Source of the DNA: Raillietiella orientalis
Taxonomy: Eukaryota
NCBI GenBank assembly: GCA_036172245.1
Contig: JAYWIR010000014.1
Location: forward strand, 4,092,001 to 4,156,000
Direction of reading: 5' to 3'
Length of the DNA stretch: 64,000 nucleotides
Below the pieces are notes generated by a model that worked only from the letters and a program-made list of their open reading frames with translations, was not told where the DNA came from and made no database searches. Shown piece after piece: positions 27,080 to 41,122 of this stretch. How positions within the stretch are numbered: position 1 is the first letter of the stretch; every line of letters begins with the position of its first letter. A program made the position numbers and the translations under genes.

Positions 27080-28920
27080 CTTTTTTATTTTTCTTTGTTT
27101 GGAAAAGAAACACCTTGGAAAGACCGGATGAAAACAATCGCTAAGGGTGACCATCCAGCTTCCGAGGAGCTTTCTTTCCTTTTCTGAGTAAACTCGGACC
27201 CTCTCGTCTTCGGGCCATGACGACGCGATGCGCATGGCAAAGAACGACCAGCGCTGCAGAGGGAGGGCACTCCGGCTTCTGAGGCGGAGATACTGTTCGT
27301 CGGCGGATGCAGCACACCGTCCGGGAGACCCAGCACTCGAAGGATCCTCCTCCGGACGGGTACCAATTCTGTCACAAGCTGGGGATGGACCTCCACGTGT
27401 CCTCAACATGGAGGCGGTTCTTCCTTTCCTCGAGATGCAGCTGACTCTTCTCGTTGCTGGGGAGTCCACGGTGCATGAGCAGAGATGCCGATTCTGGAAA
27501 ATGGATCTCTAAGGGTCCTGAGGGCTTCCCTCCAAAGCCCACGGCTTCACTTCAGGGCCGCAACCCCATCCGCCAAGACGCGGTCCTTGTCTTCCGCGCT
27601 CGTCGGCCGGCAGATATATTGTCGCCCTCGGAGGACTCTCGCGGTGGCCGTAGGGAGACAATGGGGCTGCGCGCGTGCGGTGTGGTCCAGGAGTTCAGGC
27701 ACTTGGAGATCCCAGCTTGGGCGGCTGTCCATCCTCGGGAAAGCGAGTCGTCACACTCCTCTTCCCAGTCTGGGGTTCGCCCCTCCCACGAGGGAGGCAG
27801 TGGGACGTGGAGGGAGGAGGTCGGTTCCCCCTCAGGGTGTGAATCGGGTGCTTGCAGTGGCGGGGGGTTCGGGGGCTAAAAGATGATTGCCAGAAGGGGA
27901 GGGGGGAGAGGAGAGGTCAGTTCGAGAGTAGGGGCGAGGCAGGGAGCCCAGGACGGACGAGCGGTGAACCGTGCGCGGGGACATGAGTCGAAGGCTATCT
28001 CCATCCATGAGGACCTAGCAGTTGCATAAGGTCTCCGCCGAGAAAGAAGCACTTCTTCTAGAGGTGATCACTGTTACGGTGCTTTTGACCTGACACGGAA
28101 GAAGGGCTCCTTTCGGAGCTGAGCGACAGGGGGCCGTGCGGGCACCCCTGGACGTTGCTTGAGCGAATGTGTGGGAGGGAACTTGAAGGCGGAAAGGAAC
28201 CCTTCGAGCGTCCAAAAATGAACAGCTATGAAGATGATCCGACGAAATGCCTGCGTTCTTTCCGTTCCACTCTGAACGTGCTTGAAGATGCCTCCGGAAC
28301 TGAAGCTCTGCCGAAGACTATCCGTCGGCAAAAGATGAGAGGATCGTCTTCCATTACCGAATAATGGCTTCCTCGATCCCTCCCATTAAATCCTGGAGGG
28401 GGATATTGGGAGAAAGTGCATCCGGCGGAGTGACTACGGGGAAGGCTGCCGCGAAGTGTAGCGCGCTCGGAATCCGTGAGCGGAGTCTGCTAGGATGAAA
28501 AACGCGAGAGATCATCACGGAGTCACAAGGGCGGTCTCTGAGTTGACGATGCAAATCGTAAGAATGAGAGTTGTGCGTGTTCCGGAAACGATTGTTTTCG
28601 AGAGCTTGTGCAACTCTCGGAAGTAGTGCAGTTGGTCTCCGACCCCCCCTCTGTCCCTTTTTTTTCCAGATGAGTGAAACGCCATCCTATCCACTGCAAC
28701 TGGTCTTCCTTTGTGATTTCTCACATCGGAAAAAGACTGTTCACGGCGAATCGTGCAGACATGGCGGACGCAGCATCACAAGGGCGCCGCCTTTCCCAGC
28801 CGAAAATTCTTCAATGGGTGAGGGGGAAGGGAAGGAGGGAAGGGAAACGAACGTGACCATGGTGTGGAAACCACCGGCTACTTTCCTTCACCCTTCCTCT
28901 CTTTCCTACGGGATCGCGTC
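27080..28920 (-). mobile_element. decayed Tx1/L1-like ORF2 (RT to C-terminal finger)
   Basis: Remnants SLIWKK..RPTALL, AFKFPP, LLMHRGLPSN, ELVPVRRRIL across frameshifts; A-rich end on minus... near 27080-27110. Confidence 0.6.
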
Positions 28921-30949
28921 TTAGCCGAATCCTGGGGCAAGGTCTTTCGGAATGCTTGGTCGCCTGGTCCCTCATTCGCTGCCAATGAATTCATGGAGAT
29001 GTTCTCGATGGATAATGATCCCAAACAAGGTCCAAGAAGTTCCCACTGATAGAAATGCAGTCGTCATAAACAATCCATGAAAACACAGAGGAACCAGCTG
29101 AAGCGTGCCAAGAGCGGCTGACACACCTCACCCGTGTCTCTTGGTGACGCACAAGTGATCTGCTTCTTCGGATCGGGCTACAAAAGGATTCGAGGACCAC
29201 AGATCGTTCTTTTGAAAATAGATGGAGATGAGCTCCAAGCCAGAGTGGATTTCTCTCTGAGAAGCACAGGACGGCTGACTCCGAAAGCTGAGGATGGGAG
29301 AACCTTGAAGTTTTGTTTATTCCACATTTGAATTCACTTTGATGGAGCTTCCGTCTGCTCTCCTCCGTCCTGTTATTCGAAAAGATGAGGATGAAACCGC
29401 CCCAAGTCGATAGCGACTTGTTTACAAGGAAGTAGCGTAATTAAAGCATTCCTCATCATTTCAGGATGCTCTCTTCGAATCTTCTTGGAGTCCTCCCTTA
29501 ACACATTTGATCCAGCTTCTCTGCAAGTCGTGTTTATTCTTTCTTCGTCACTTGAGAATAAATTCCAGTTCTTATTCATCTGGACGTTTTCTACACGGAT
29601 GAAGCATCTTCTATCGTTTGTTAGAGGTTTTCGCCTGTTCTGAGAGTCTAGGAGGAGACAGAAACTGAAATGACGTGCTCCCTACAAAAGAATGCCGCCA
29701 GAAGGCCATATGGGAAACACGAATCAGACTTTCATCTTGCTTTGCATTAAATTTTATTTCTGTTTTTGATGATTTCTATTGGATCTGCATTCTATTATTG
29801 CATTTCTTTTTTCTTAAAAAAAAAAATAAACAGAAAAGTTATAAACTTTCGTGGATTACCAGGTCGGCGAGACGTGCCAAGATTCTCTTATTGCATGCCT
29901 ATCTTTGATGTTATCACTTGGACTTTCACACAAGATGCGACCATTGCTGGATGCTTAGAAACATTTCCCAACTAACAAGAATAAACTCTAGGTCTCCGGA
30001 TGTAAGTCCTAGAGAGCAGAACCAGTTCTCTGCGCCACTTCTGAGCAGCCAAGCTGCCTATGTGGTAACCTCGCACTCTTATTCCAATATAGGGGATGGT
30101 GCTGAGAGCTTTCTTCTGCTAGAATCTCTTGGAACCAGGAGCACACACATGAAACAACCATTATATGGAACACGTAGAATTCTTATCGACGTCATATTTT
30201 CTCCTGTCGAAGGAAGAAGTGGTCCTTCACTATTTTTCTCTTGTTCTAAAAGAATTTAGGGCCTCTGTCTCGTTAGAAACGTCGTCGTTGCCAAGAACCA
30301 AAAGCAGCGCAGCAACAGGACTCACAAAGCCATCGTCTTTGGGAACGATCTGTTCCTTCTGGAAATAGAGATCTCTCCGCCTGTGAAATAGGCCGATCCA
30401 GCTCTAAGATCATAAGCACACCACGTTGTCACCACTCGAAACTTAATGGACTCAGCTGGTTTCAAGATCATGCGGTGACAAACACATTTGGAGACTGGTC
30501 CCCAGGGAGGATGAAAAGGAATTTTTTCGAAATTCCGTTCATCTTGAAATTTTCGTGCTTGGTGCGTAAGTCCTTTTCCCGAAGATGCCAGCTGAGATAA
30601 CAAGTCAAGTGTAATTAGGAAACTTCGCCATCGGAGTATTTCTGCACGTCTGATTGCAATTTATGTTTCCGAACAACGAAAAAAAATTCCTTCTCCACGA
30701 TCCACCTCTATCTAAAGCTTGAGCTGAGCAGTCACAATATCCTTCTGGGCATCTCACTTCCAATCACCTCATTGCAATGAACGTGTACATAGAATATGGA
30801 CTGCCAGATATGTCTGGCCACTTTGATTGCTTGCTAATAGAATCCCTTTATATTTCGCCTGGTATCAATAGGGATACTCTATGCTAATATGTAGATTTCT
30901 ATGTCGGACTCCTCCTCGGAAATGAAAGCATCTTATCATTGAGGGTATT

Positions 30950-31300
30950 TCAGGATTAGGGCAACCACTGTGATGGTGATTATTTTGGTGGACATCTGAA
31001 CATCCCTTTAGAAGCAAGAATCTCTCTATGGTTCCAAACTATGCTGATTTTTGAAGGCTGTTGATGTTGGTGGCACGAGAACAAGAGTCGGTCTCCTGGC
31101 GAAGGTTGGGATCAGAGAAGACAACACTGCAACAGATTTGCCTAAATACTTTCCAAGAAATCTTTCAAGGCACCGGTTGGCAAACGGGTTTGGAGTTGCC
31201 AGGCACTTCGAGTAAGATGGGCATCGCAAAGACCAGGTCAGTGCTTGAAATGCTATAGGAAATGATGATGAGCAGACACATGGCGTTGCCTTACGCACTT
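30950..31300 (-). pseudogene. rhodopsin-like GPCR remnant
   Basis: SISSTDLVFAMP, FLGKYLGKSV, GTIERF in TM2-ECL1-TM3 order; weak. Confidence 0.22.
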
Positions 31301-31568
31301 TAAATCACCTACACACTAATTGGTAGCTCCTAAAGAAAAACACAACATTGAGAGTTTTCATGCATGCACTGTGAACGAACACGCGTCCATTCGACATGAG
31401 CATTACAGACTGATGCAAATCAACCTGATTGCATATGCATCAAGCAATTACACATCGCAACATCTTTTTTCAATCCTTCTTTTCAATGTAAGCATAAACT
31501 TAAGTTAGAATTCATGATTTATTTTTTTTGTGGGGATCTTTTTAGCATAATTCTATTCGCACAACACA

Positions 31569-31870
31569 TTATGTTGTAAGAATGGAAATAGTAAGGACAC
31601 CATCTTGGAGATTTTGTCCAGAGAAAGCTATGGAAGTTTGGATTTCTTGAAGATAAGACCTGTAGAGAGTATCTTGGTTTTCAAATATCAACTTCATCTC
31701 CTTACGTAGAGTCCTTAAGTTTCGTTTCCGATATTGGGAAGCAAACTTTCTACCGCATCCTAAGGATACAGGGCTCACTCTCTGTTTCTTAGCAACGAAT
31801 CACCAGGAACAAATATGATTATTTTGTGGATGGTGTCACGTAAACCAGTACATCCATACGCACCACCTAC
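31569..31870 (-). pseudogene. small heat-shock protein (alpha-crystallin) remnant
   Basis: VRMDV upstream and LYRSY...NLQDGVLTISI, matching the FxRxY...LxDGVLTI end of the domain. Confidence 0.3.
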
Positions 31871-34800
31871 TGCACCAGCGGTACTTCCACGAAAAGATCT
31901 ACTTTAAAGTCAACCGGCACAAAAGCCAAGTCTGCAAACAATCAGGATCTCTCTGATCGGATGAGGACGAATCATGCCAGTTCGTGGCTTCCTTCTCCAA
32001 GAAAAGACCGGTCGTGAACTACGGTCTTTTAAGGAGATGCGAAAACTGCGGAAACAGCATTCTCCGCGTGTTTAATGAATTCAGACGAGAGGCAAGAGTG
32101 GATCAAGAGTCACAAGAGCATAGCAAACGAGTCGAAAAGATGAACGAAGCAGTCGAACCGATGTTTGTCTTATTGACAAGCAGGAGCAATCACTCAGAAA
32201 GATGCGACTGCTCTTAAACATAGGCTCATATGGCTGCAAACAGCACTCTGTGCCTCCCGTCCTAGGGTAGGGTAAAATCCTCTAATCTCTTCTTCACTTG
32301 AAACCTCTCAAAGCAGCGATTTGAGAGTCCAATGAAATGCAAGGGTGGGCTCAGTTTACAGATCAAAGACATCACAAACAAGGGCGTTAGAAGATGATGA
32401 TTACGATGAGTTTGCCATTAAACTTTTTTTTTTCCTCAGGCGTCGTTGGTCCACTGAAGTGCTCCCGAGTCTGCAAAGTATCGATCAAGAAATCAGAATT
32501 TAAGGTTTCGCGTGAGGAGATGTGACAAATAAAGGACCATTTGGGTATATGGGGACTGGTATGGTATGCTGGCTCTGTAACAGCCTCGAAAGGTCCGCAT
32601 TAAAGAGCCGCAGAACAATACGACAGCAGGGAATGAAAACTCTTCAGAATGGGAGATCGCTGTCATGCTCAGGCAGCATTCAGTGAACGGGAAAGGGTTT
32701 CTAGGAAACCCAGTACATGAACTGGCTTGGCACTCAATGGACTTTGAAGATTGACTCCAGTTCTGGAGAGCTGCACTGGAAGCTGCTTTATACGCGCTTC
32801 TGAGCGCTTTCGAAACGTTTGGCTCCTGCAGTCCCTAGCCAGCGTGAGGGGGAGATTTGCGCATTTAACGGAGTGTCACCATGTAGGGGACAGTGAGCAA
32901 ACAGAAATCAAACAAGACAATCTGCAGATACCTGCGTACAGTTGAAAGGAATTTTTTCTTCCATCACTCGACATTACGTCTTCCTATTGGCATCAGAGAG
33001 TAAGTTGATTCTCATGTCAACAGTTGTGTCATCCAAAGATTCCCCAAGGTTACAAGAAATAGCTATCCCGTGGCTATGTCTGAGATCTTTGAGGGAGAGG
33101 TGGATACTTTCGTTGGTTTCTCGTGGTCTTTTTGCCCTCCGGCAAACGATGCATTCGTTCTCTTAGTGTGAAGCAGCTCCACAGAGCGAGCTAACAAGAA
33201 AAACAACGTGTTCTAACATTTTTCATCTCTGAGAGGAATGGTGGCATTTTGACGTCCCAGTCGAGAGATGCCGGTCACGTAAAAGACACCTGATCACTGC
33301 CTCTTTAATGCATTTTTATTGTTTTCTATTTTTTTTATTAACTTAGACTTTCGTGTAGGCATACAATTCAGGTTCTCGAACAGACTGAAGACATTGGTAC
33401 TTCACAATCGTTTTGAAGTGTGCACCTTCATAAAAACTCCAACTGCACCATGTCTCTTACTCATGATTATTGGGATCCTTGCTTTTGGGAAACTAGTGGT
33501 TTTTAACTGATAATTACAAAGGATGCAACATCGTAGCTCATTAAGTAAACAAGCCAAAAAGATGAACGGAACGGTTGAACCGACACGTGCCTCACAAACT
33601 TCCTCTAAACGGAATAACCAGAAGTATTGTGCTTTTCCAAATAGGAAAACACAACTCACTCGCACTTCAAAGGAGGGAATGTTAGTTTAAGTGTAACCAA
33701 TTGGTGGGAATGCTTTATCGAAATTTTCCGGTAGCTGACACTATAGATTGCTGTTTTGCGTTCTGAAAAAGACGAAAGGAAAGGAGGAGTTTGCAGATTT
33801 ACGACAGATTTGGTCTCGCGAATCTGCAAACTCGGATTCTTGGAACCATTCGGCTGTTCCTTCTCTCTCTTTTTTTGTTGCAACGTGGAAGTCAGTTTCC
33901 TAGATGGATCGGGAGTAACACCCCACATTTGTAGAGCCCTGTAAAAGACGTTTGAATTCTTCAGAACACCAGCATCCCTCATAGAGGGTTTAGGAGGCTG
34001 TGGATCAGCTCAACCCCTCATTCTGAGCCCCTCTGAGTCCAACAGTTGTCCACATGACAGCTTTGGAATCAGTTACGTACGTTTAACCACCCATAAAGGA
34101 CATCGTTCCCGTCATCAGCATGTGCAAGTATCCACGCAATAAATTAGTTTTCCAGGAGCCTTCTCATTACTGACAAAGACATCGGAAAGGTTTACTACAC
34201 TCCGAAGGCTCAAAATAGTCGCTCAGACTGTGAGGCGTCAGAGGCGTCGAACGGAACAACGTGTGCAATAAATCACAGAAATGCAGCCGAGCTGATGGCA
34301 GTGTGCACGCCATTCGTGTGGCGCTTGCCAGCTACTTGGTACGCGTTTTTTGTCAACGAGGAACTGTCAGTCATGCATGCGTGATAACTCAGAACAGCGT
34401 TCAGCGTTTGCAGATGCGTAAAAAAAAAATGATGCGCTTCTGAGTAAACAAGCGTGAATGCAAGAAAGTCCCTCTCAAATACTCGATCCTGTGATGAAAT
34501 CATTAGCAACCGGTTCTGTTTTCTCACATCCCCGAATTCTTTTTTGCAATGGCACGAATTTGGGTGCGCATTCCGGAACCGACGGCATTTTCGACGGTTT
34601 ATCGAGCAGACATGCAGTTTGCCTCTTTCCTTTTAATCCAGAGCCTTTTGGATTCATTCAGTCCTGAGCATGCGCAAAGCAGCATCCAGCAGACTTGTGC
34701 GGCCACGATCATGGAAGCAATCCCATCCGGTCTGTTTTCGCGATTCATCTTCGTTATGAAGGCTGCCTCTGTGCAGGGAAGGGGAAAATCAAGATTCAAA

Positions 34801-34999
34801 ACGTCAGGTGCCACAACAGAAATGGATGCTCATCCTATTTGGCAAATCAGCTGTCTGGAGTCTGGAAAAAGTGCAGCGGTCCAAGCTGCCCGTCGCCACG
34901 AATGTACCTTTGAATCTATAGATTTTGCTCTCCTCCGCCTCCCCAATTTAGGTCGGGGTCCTGTTCGTGTTCCAGCAATTTTTATGCCATCTTCTTTTC

Positions 35000-35770
35000 G
35001 AGCGCAAGAAACAAGTACACTGGTGTTTCGTGAAACATGAATGAAAATGGGTCATTAATCACATGCTCCAGTAAACGGAAGCTTGTAAAGAGCATTTGGT
35101 GTGCTTTGGGCGAGAGCGGTTCAACCAAGACATCGAGGGAAGTGGATTGAATCCTTGATATCAAGTGGATAAGAGCATCCCACGATCCAGGAGTGTATCA
35201 TAAGAGGCCATCGAAATTTCAATCTGCTTTCTTTCTGTGTGTACACTTCAAGTGTGAATTCCTCAGTGCGAGGGCTCGACATCCCATTCTCCATTCTCCT
35301 CGGAGTTCATCGGTGGAACTGCTTGTGACTCTGTTTTGGCAGCACACACTCAAAGTTTCGTCCACAAGGGTGGTGCATCGCCACTCGGAGACGAAAACGG
35401 GGAGCACCCCGTTTTTGCTTTCGTTGTTAGCAAGGCAAGGAAGTACGCTGCTTCGTTTCATCTTGGGAGCGATTTTTATCTCTGGAGTTGGGCATCATCA
35501 CAGGGGGAATTTTCAGTTTACAAGCTCCAGAGCTAACGAGAACAAGATATTTGGGTAACGCAATCCCCCCCCCCCCTTTCCGCATTTGGCAAGATCTTCC
35601 GGCAAACGACATCCCTATCGAAAAGGATTTCCTGATACTAAGTGTCCTCATAGGAGCGAGGATGCTCATCCGTGCTAAATCTGACAACTGAATTCTGTTT
35701 ACTACCATCGCCTCGAGTCTGGGAAATGCACCCTCATAATCCAGAATACTCCAGCGTCCTCCTAGAGCTG
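35000..35770 (-). pseudogene. leucine-rich-repeat-like remnant
   Basis: ILDYEGAFPRLEAMVVNRIQL, ALALRNSHL, LFTSFRLLEHV; fragmentary. Confidence 0.25.
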
Positions 35771-38299
35771 ACGTTGTCAGCGAAATCGCTAATAACTTCT
35801 TGCAGTAAATGTTCCCGTGTGTGCTTTTCTGGAGATAAACGGAGCAAACTGCAATCAGAATGGAAGAAAAAGAAGAAAAAAATAACGATACCTCTCTCTC
35901 TGTGTACTCATTACCACTCTGAGTGCCCATAAGAGGAAGTGGATGTTGCGATTCCGAAATGGATTTCACGTGATACCTCCACCGGAGTCTCACAGTGTAT
36001 GATGAACTTTGTTTGGACTCGGATCCCTGTCAGCACTCCCGAAGCAAGGCAAACCCGGAGTGGGTGATGGCTCGTTCGAAGCATCCATTGGATTCCCTAA
36101 ACTCCATGCGTGTAATGGGAGGAGCTAATAATAGGAGAAAATGGTCTGATATTACGGTGCCTCTTCCAGCTTTGGCTTCCATAGGCTACCAAATGATCCT
36201 CCTGTTGTATCAGCAGCTCTGACAGTCTATAGAAAGTCTTTTTTGGGAGAGGGGGGGGGGGACAGTATACGAAAAAACGTGGGATTGTTTTTCTAGATGC
36301 GCACCTTAAATGGTCAAGACCGTCCATTTGGCACCATTCCTCACGCGGTCCGGATGATGTTCAGCCTTTTACTTTGTAGCTCCTCGAAGGGAATAATCGG
36401 GAACGGACGTGCTCATTACCTGTTTCCAGACCCAATGTCACTAACGGGTTGGCAGCATGGAAACAGAAAGCTCCGGTTGCTTCCCCGTGGACAAACACGG
36501 AGGCCGCAGAGAATGCGCGCTCGTGTTCCGGAAGAATATGAAATGAAGATCCAGATGGACGGAGCAATCGATCACGTTAAATATGTTGATCGGCCCCTTC
36601 ATTAGGTTGAGTGCAGCAGAACGGCGGAACCCTCCTCGAAGATAGGAACGCATTTGGGAAAAGAGTTGAGCAACCATTCTCTCGCGTTCGGAGGGATCGC
36701 AAGCTCTGTTTTCTCACGCCACAGGAAAATGGGAACGTAACTGAAGGCTCTCAGAAAGAAACCCGAGTTTGAGTCGCCGACTTCTCTGACTAAAGTCCTG
36801 CGTTCGGAAAAGAGCCAAAATGCGAAAATGGCGGAACCTGTAATGATGATGATCATCGCGGTGTCTCTTTGCTGTTATCCTTCACCGTGCCGTAAGCACT
36901 GCATCCTGCTTTACGCCGTTAGAGATGATGATGGCGCTGCCAGTAGAATCGTGTAGCTGTCAATAGGGTGGTGGTGGTGGGGGATCATCATGGCTGACCA
37001 TGAGGCTTAAGGGAAAGAATCGATCAGTTATCACGATACGAGCTGGCGTTTGCCGATGATTGATGTGACGTTCTTGACTTCTTTCCGGAGTGGCTCAATG
37101 GCACAGTTGAGGAACAAATGCTACATTTGCTCAGCAGGATGCAGATCCTGAAGAGAGAAAGTGATGCATGTAGATTTTTCCAGGTTCGTTCTCGAGGAAG
37201 TTTATTACAAAGACTAATAACGTTTGAAAAGAAGAGGGAGTTCCCTTCTGGTTTCTGAGCTTCCAAGAGGTAAAGGGAAGGTGAAAAGCCTTTCTTGTTT
37301 GAAGATGCAAACGGTTTCTCAAAGGAGAGCCATTGACTGTCACTGCCGTTGCTATGAAAGATCAACACATGATTCCTCAGTACGTGTTTCGATGTGATTT
37401 TCTTATTTTGGCCGGGAGGAGTTTAAGCTGGCAAGCTGAGTCCGGGATGGCGACCTTCAAGTTCAGAAGGGAAGAGCAATAAAAGCCATCATCGGCGATC
37501 ATGACGAACTCGTTTCCCATGCAACTGAACTTTCCAGGAACTTAAGAAGAGGGCAGCAGAACGTTTGAGTATAAAGGAAGGAGATCGGTAACCGCCAAGC
37601 GTTTCAGAGGTGTTCCCAAAGCGACGGAGGTTGATTCTGAGCCGGCGTGTTGGAGAAGTGCCGAAGGGGTGTAGCGAAGAAGATACCTTGATCGAACTTC
37701 CCGTGTTTGTCATGAGCCACTTCGGAACGAACTTGGTAAAGATCTAAACGTTGCTCTAACTCCAATGCACGATTTGCTCATTGCCTACCGAGAAGTGTGC
37801 TGAGAGTCTATGGAAATCTAGGCCTCCTCGTCATTTGGTATCCCTGCAGAGACATCCAGTCCTCTTTCTAAGCTTCGTGTGAAGTCGCCTTGCCCCAGAC
37901 GTCTGCCTTAAGGAGTGCATTTCTTCTTCCATCGCTTAATTTACGCTCCAATATTTTCCTTTCATCACTGACAAACACAGGAAGAGATGGACCTCATCTT
38001 AGACAGCTCTTCGGCAAAGTAAAAAAAATAAAAAAGGACCTTTACAAACTCTTCTTGTCTTCCTTTTAACATGCCAAGAGCCACAGTCGGCAATTAACAT
38101 GAAAAGTGTTTCGAACAATGGAACCAGTTCTCATGGTCTCTTGTAGCGTGGAGCAAGGCCGAAGACAGCTGAACAACATGGAAGAGTCCACAGCCGCTGC
38201 AGTCGATGAATACAAAGATCCTCACCGGCATTAGAAGGCCTGTTTATATGCCGTGCATGGGGCGTCATAGTGAAGCCACAAGGTGGTTGCCATAAAGTT

Positions 38300-38900
38300 G
38301 GGAAGAGAAAGAAAGGAGCAGTGGCTGCACGTAAGGATTTTCCTTGCGGCCAATTTTCATCGCGTTTCGCATCTTCGTTTGCGGAGGGATGAAGGAATTC
38401 TCCATTGGCTTGGCCGCCGATGCGGTGCCGTCCCCTCCAGACAACGTCTGGCCGTTAGAGTTGGGAAAGCAAAGACTGGAACCACGTTCCATGGAACCTT
38501 ACAGGAGCGGCAGCAGTGCCAGCGACAACAAATCACCCGACTCTGGACCCTGCACCGGGTGGACCGCCATTCGTGTGGCGTCTCTCTCGACCACATGCCC
38601 GCACTCCCCTGCGTCCGCGCGAATCAGAGCTTCGATTACCGGCTGGGATGGGTGCTCCACGGCGTGAAAGCAGCAGCTGCTGCAGAACGCTTCTTTCACC
38701 AGATTTCCCATTCCGCTTGCACGAGACTGTCGGCAATGGCGATGACATGTGTCCCAGTAGGTCTCTGGCAAGGGCGCTCCTTCGTTTTCAAGAGGGGTGC
38801 TCTTGATCCAGTTTTATGCTATCCTTGCAAGCAAGGGATGACCTCGGTGTCAAAGGAATGTAGTAGGTGCTCCGCTCAGAGAATCGCCTGGAACTGCAGC
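38300..38900 (-). pseudogene. Cys/His-rich RING/B-box-like remnant
   Basis: Scattered CxxC/H text (FCSSCCFH, ECGH, TRCRVQSRVICC); no clean domain. Confidence 0.2.
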
Positions 38901-39953
38901 TGAAAAATTCCACCGTTGAATTCGAACTCATGGCAGCATTGGTTTCCGATGTGCATCACTGTTGCTACATAGAAGTGCTAATAAATAGCTCACCTTATGT
39001 GTTCGGAGCACGAGTGTCAAGTGGATGCTGAACAACGCATCCCAGTTGCGGAGGCACAGACCAGTGTTCCATTTCTGTAGATAGTAATGCACTGTGTACC
39101 AAAACATGCTGTCGTAGAATTTTCGGGGGTTCTAAAATTGCACGCGCGCCATGTATGACTGAATATGCATGAAATAAATGGATATACATGTGGTGGGTGC
39201 GTGCACAGCACACACATGCAATCATTCACGTGTACAGCACTGACCGCTGGTTCTTCTTGACACGGAAACAGCACCTCAAAATGACATCTGTACGGAAATA
39301 CAATCGAAAAATACAAGTACAGTCATGTTGGATGAACCAGCGCTGCTCAGTATGCATAGTGGACTGCAGTTGCTCATTCTTTTATCGATGTCTGCAGTGT
39401 TTTCTTCCAGTGTTAAGGCGACTGAGGAGAGGGATGCAGAGGAGAACAGCAATTAGAAACGTGCTGTTTGGAAAGTGACTCTTGGTTTTTTTTTTTTCGA
39501 GGTGACTCATCTGCAAGTAAAACTACGGAGGGAACTTTCATCTGTAATCTGTGTGTACATTCTGGTACCACACGGGACTCATTAAAGACCAAAGGACTGC
39601 ACGAGGCTCAACGCTTTCATCATGTTTTGAAGTTTTTTATTTTTTTCCCACACTAATTCCCTTTTTTGCTTCTCACGGTGGGGAATTTAGGGTGGCGCCT
39701 CATGAAAGAGTCCATTCTATATGTGATTTATTCTAGAATCATCCTAGATGCCACGCCTAATCTGCACTGAGAAGCACTGAACTGAAGATCAGAAAGGATG
39801 CAGATGAGTTCCAACTATTTTCCCGAACGAATTCCTCTGACCCACTCGAAGATTCATCCTTCGAAAACTTTCAGCTTAAAAGTGATGCTGAAAACCATTT
39901 TCATCTGCTTTCTCCTCGCCTCTTCCTCTTTGATTGCCTATTGCAATGAACTG

Positions 39954-40095
39954 GTTTGATTTCAGCTTCAAGCTTCATCTTTAGTCTTCCTTATGGACAC
40001 TCACAAAACCATGACCTGAATCATCTCTAGCCAGGCATCTTGACGCGTTGAATTGAAAGCAGCAAGATAGAGTTGGTACAATGACCAGAAGTAAT
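39954..40095. repeat. 142-bp segment duplicated at 41162-41303
   Basis: Base-by-base identical by eye, GTTTGATTTCAGC...CCAGAAGTAAT. Confidence 0.95.
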
Positions 40096-41122
40096 CACAG
40101 CATGCAAAAATGGATGGATAATCTGATGCGTACATCCAGACACAAAAACTTGATGTGTCTGGACTACAGTTGAACGAATTTGTATGCTAAAACCCTATCC
40201 TGTTTCTTACAAAAGAGCTCTCCCTAGTTTCCTTCCCGAGGTCATCTCAGTGAGGAGGGAGTATCTCGACTCCTGCAGTGGCAGGCGTCGAGATACTCCT
40301 GGACGGCTGCAAGACGAACGTGTGGGTGGACGGCGCCACTCGTCGTTTCCAGACGAAATGACTCCTTCGGTCGAGTGACCTGCTCGGTTTATCACCTGGT
40401 CAAGCCGGGACGTTTATTATAAAAAATAAAAATACATGTGTAGGGTCATCGGCCCTACATTGTCCGAAAACATACCGGAACCTAACGAGTGAGCGGCACG
40501 CAAACCGACGAGGTTCGCCTCGGCAGCGGAGGGGCAATCAAGAATAAAAATAAACGAAAATCAGTAAAAAAAAAAAACTCTGAGGAGCACGGGAAGGGCT
40601 CACTGTCCTTTGCATCCTTTCCAGGATGCTGGCAAGTTCTATCAGAGAATGCCCCTGGTGGCGCCATCTTGCTGGCGTCCTCAGGAAGCTCAGGGCGAAG
40701 CAGAGGGTATCCCTATCGCGCCGTCCCCCTCTAGAGTAGCTTTAGGCCACCGCAATCCCACGTAGACAGAAGCAAAGAGCTGCTGAGGATGCGGCAGGCG
40801 AAAGGGCATCACGCACGAAGAGTCGCTTTATTAGACGTCCTTGGGATTGTCCGGTGGTGCCCCGAGGGCCATTGCATAGAGCAGCCTCAGGGTCCAGAAG
40901 GCAACACAGTCTACGAGCAGGTGCGAGAGGAATTCCCGTTCCTCGCACCTGCAATAGTTGGGGTCCACAGCTCCTGGGTCCAGTGAGAGCGGCGGGTGTT
41001 GCTCGGGAGATCCCAGAGCAACAGCATAAGTGCCGACTCCTGCCACTCCAGGGGGAGATCAAGTTGTTCTTCAGCGCTGGGATCACTCGAGGTCTTCCTA
41101 TAGGATTCCCAGCAGCTCACCC

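Noticed and set aside
32600..37900. C-type lectin, WD40, peroxidase and further LRR hints
   Set aside because: Each rests on 4-6 degenerate residues and could be chance.
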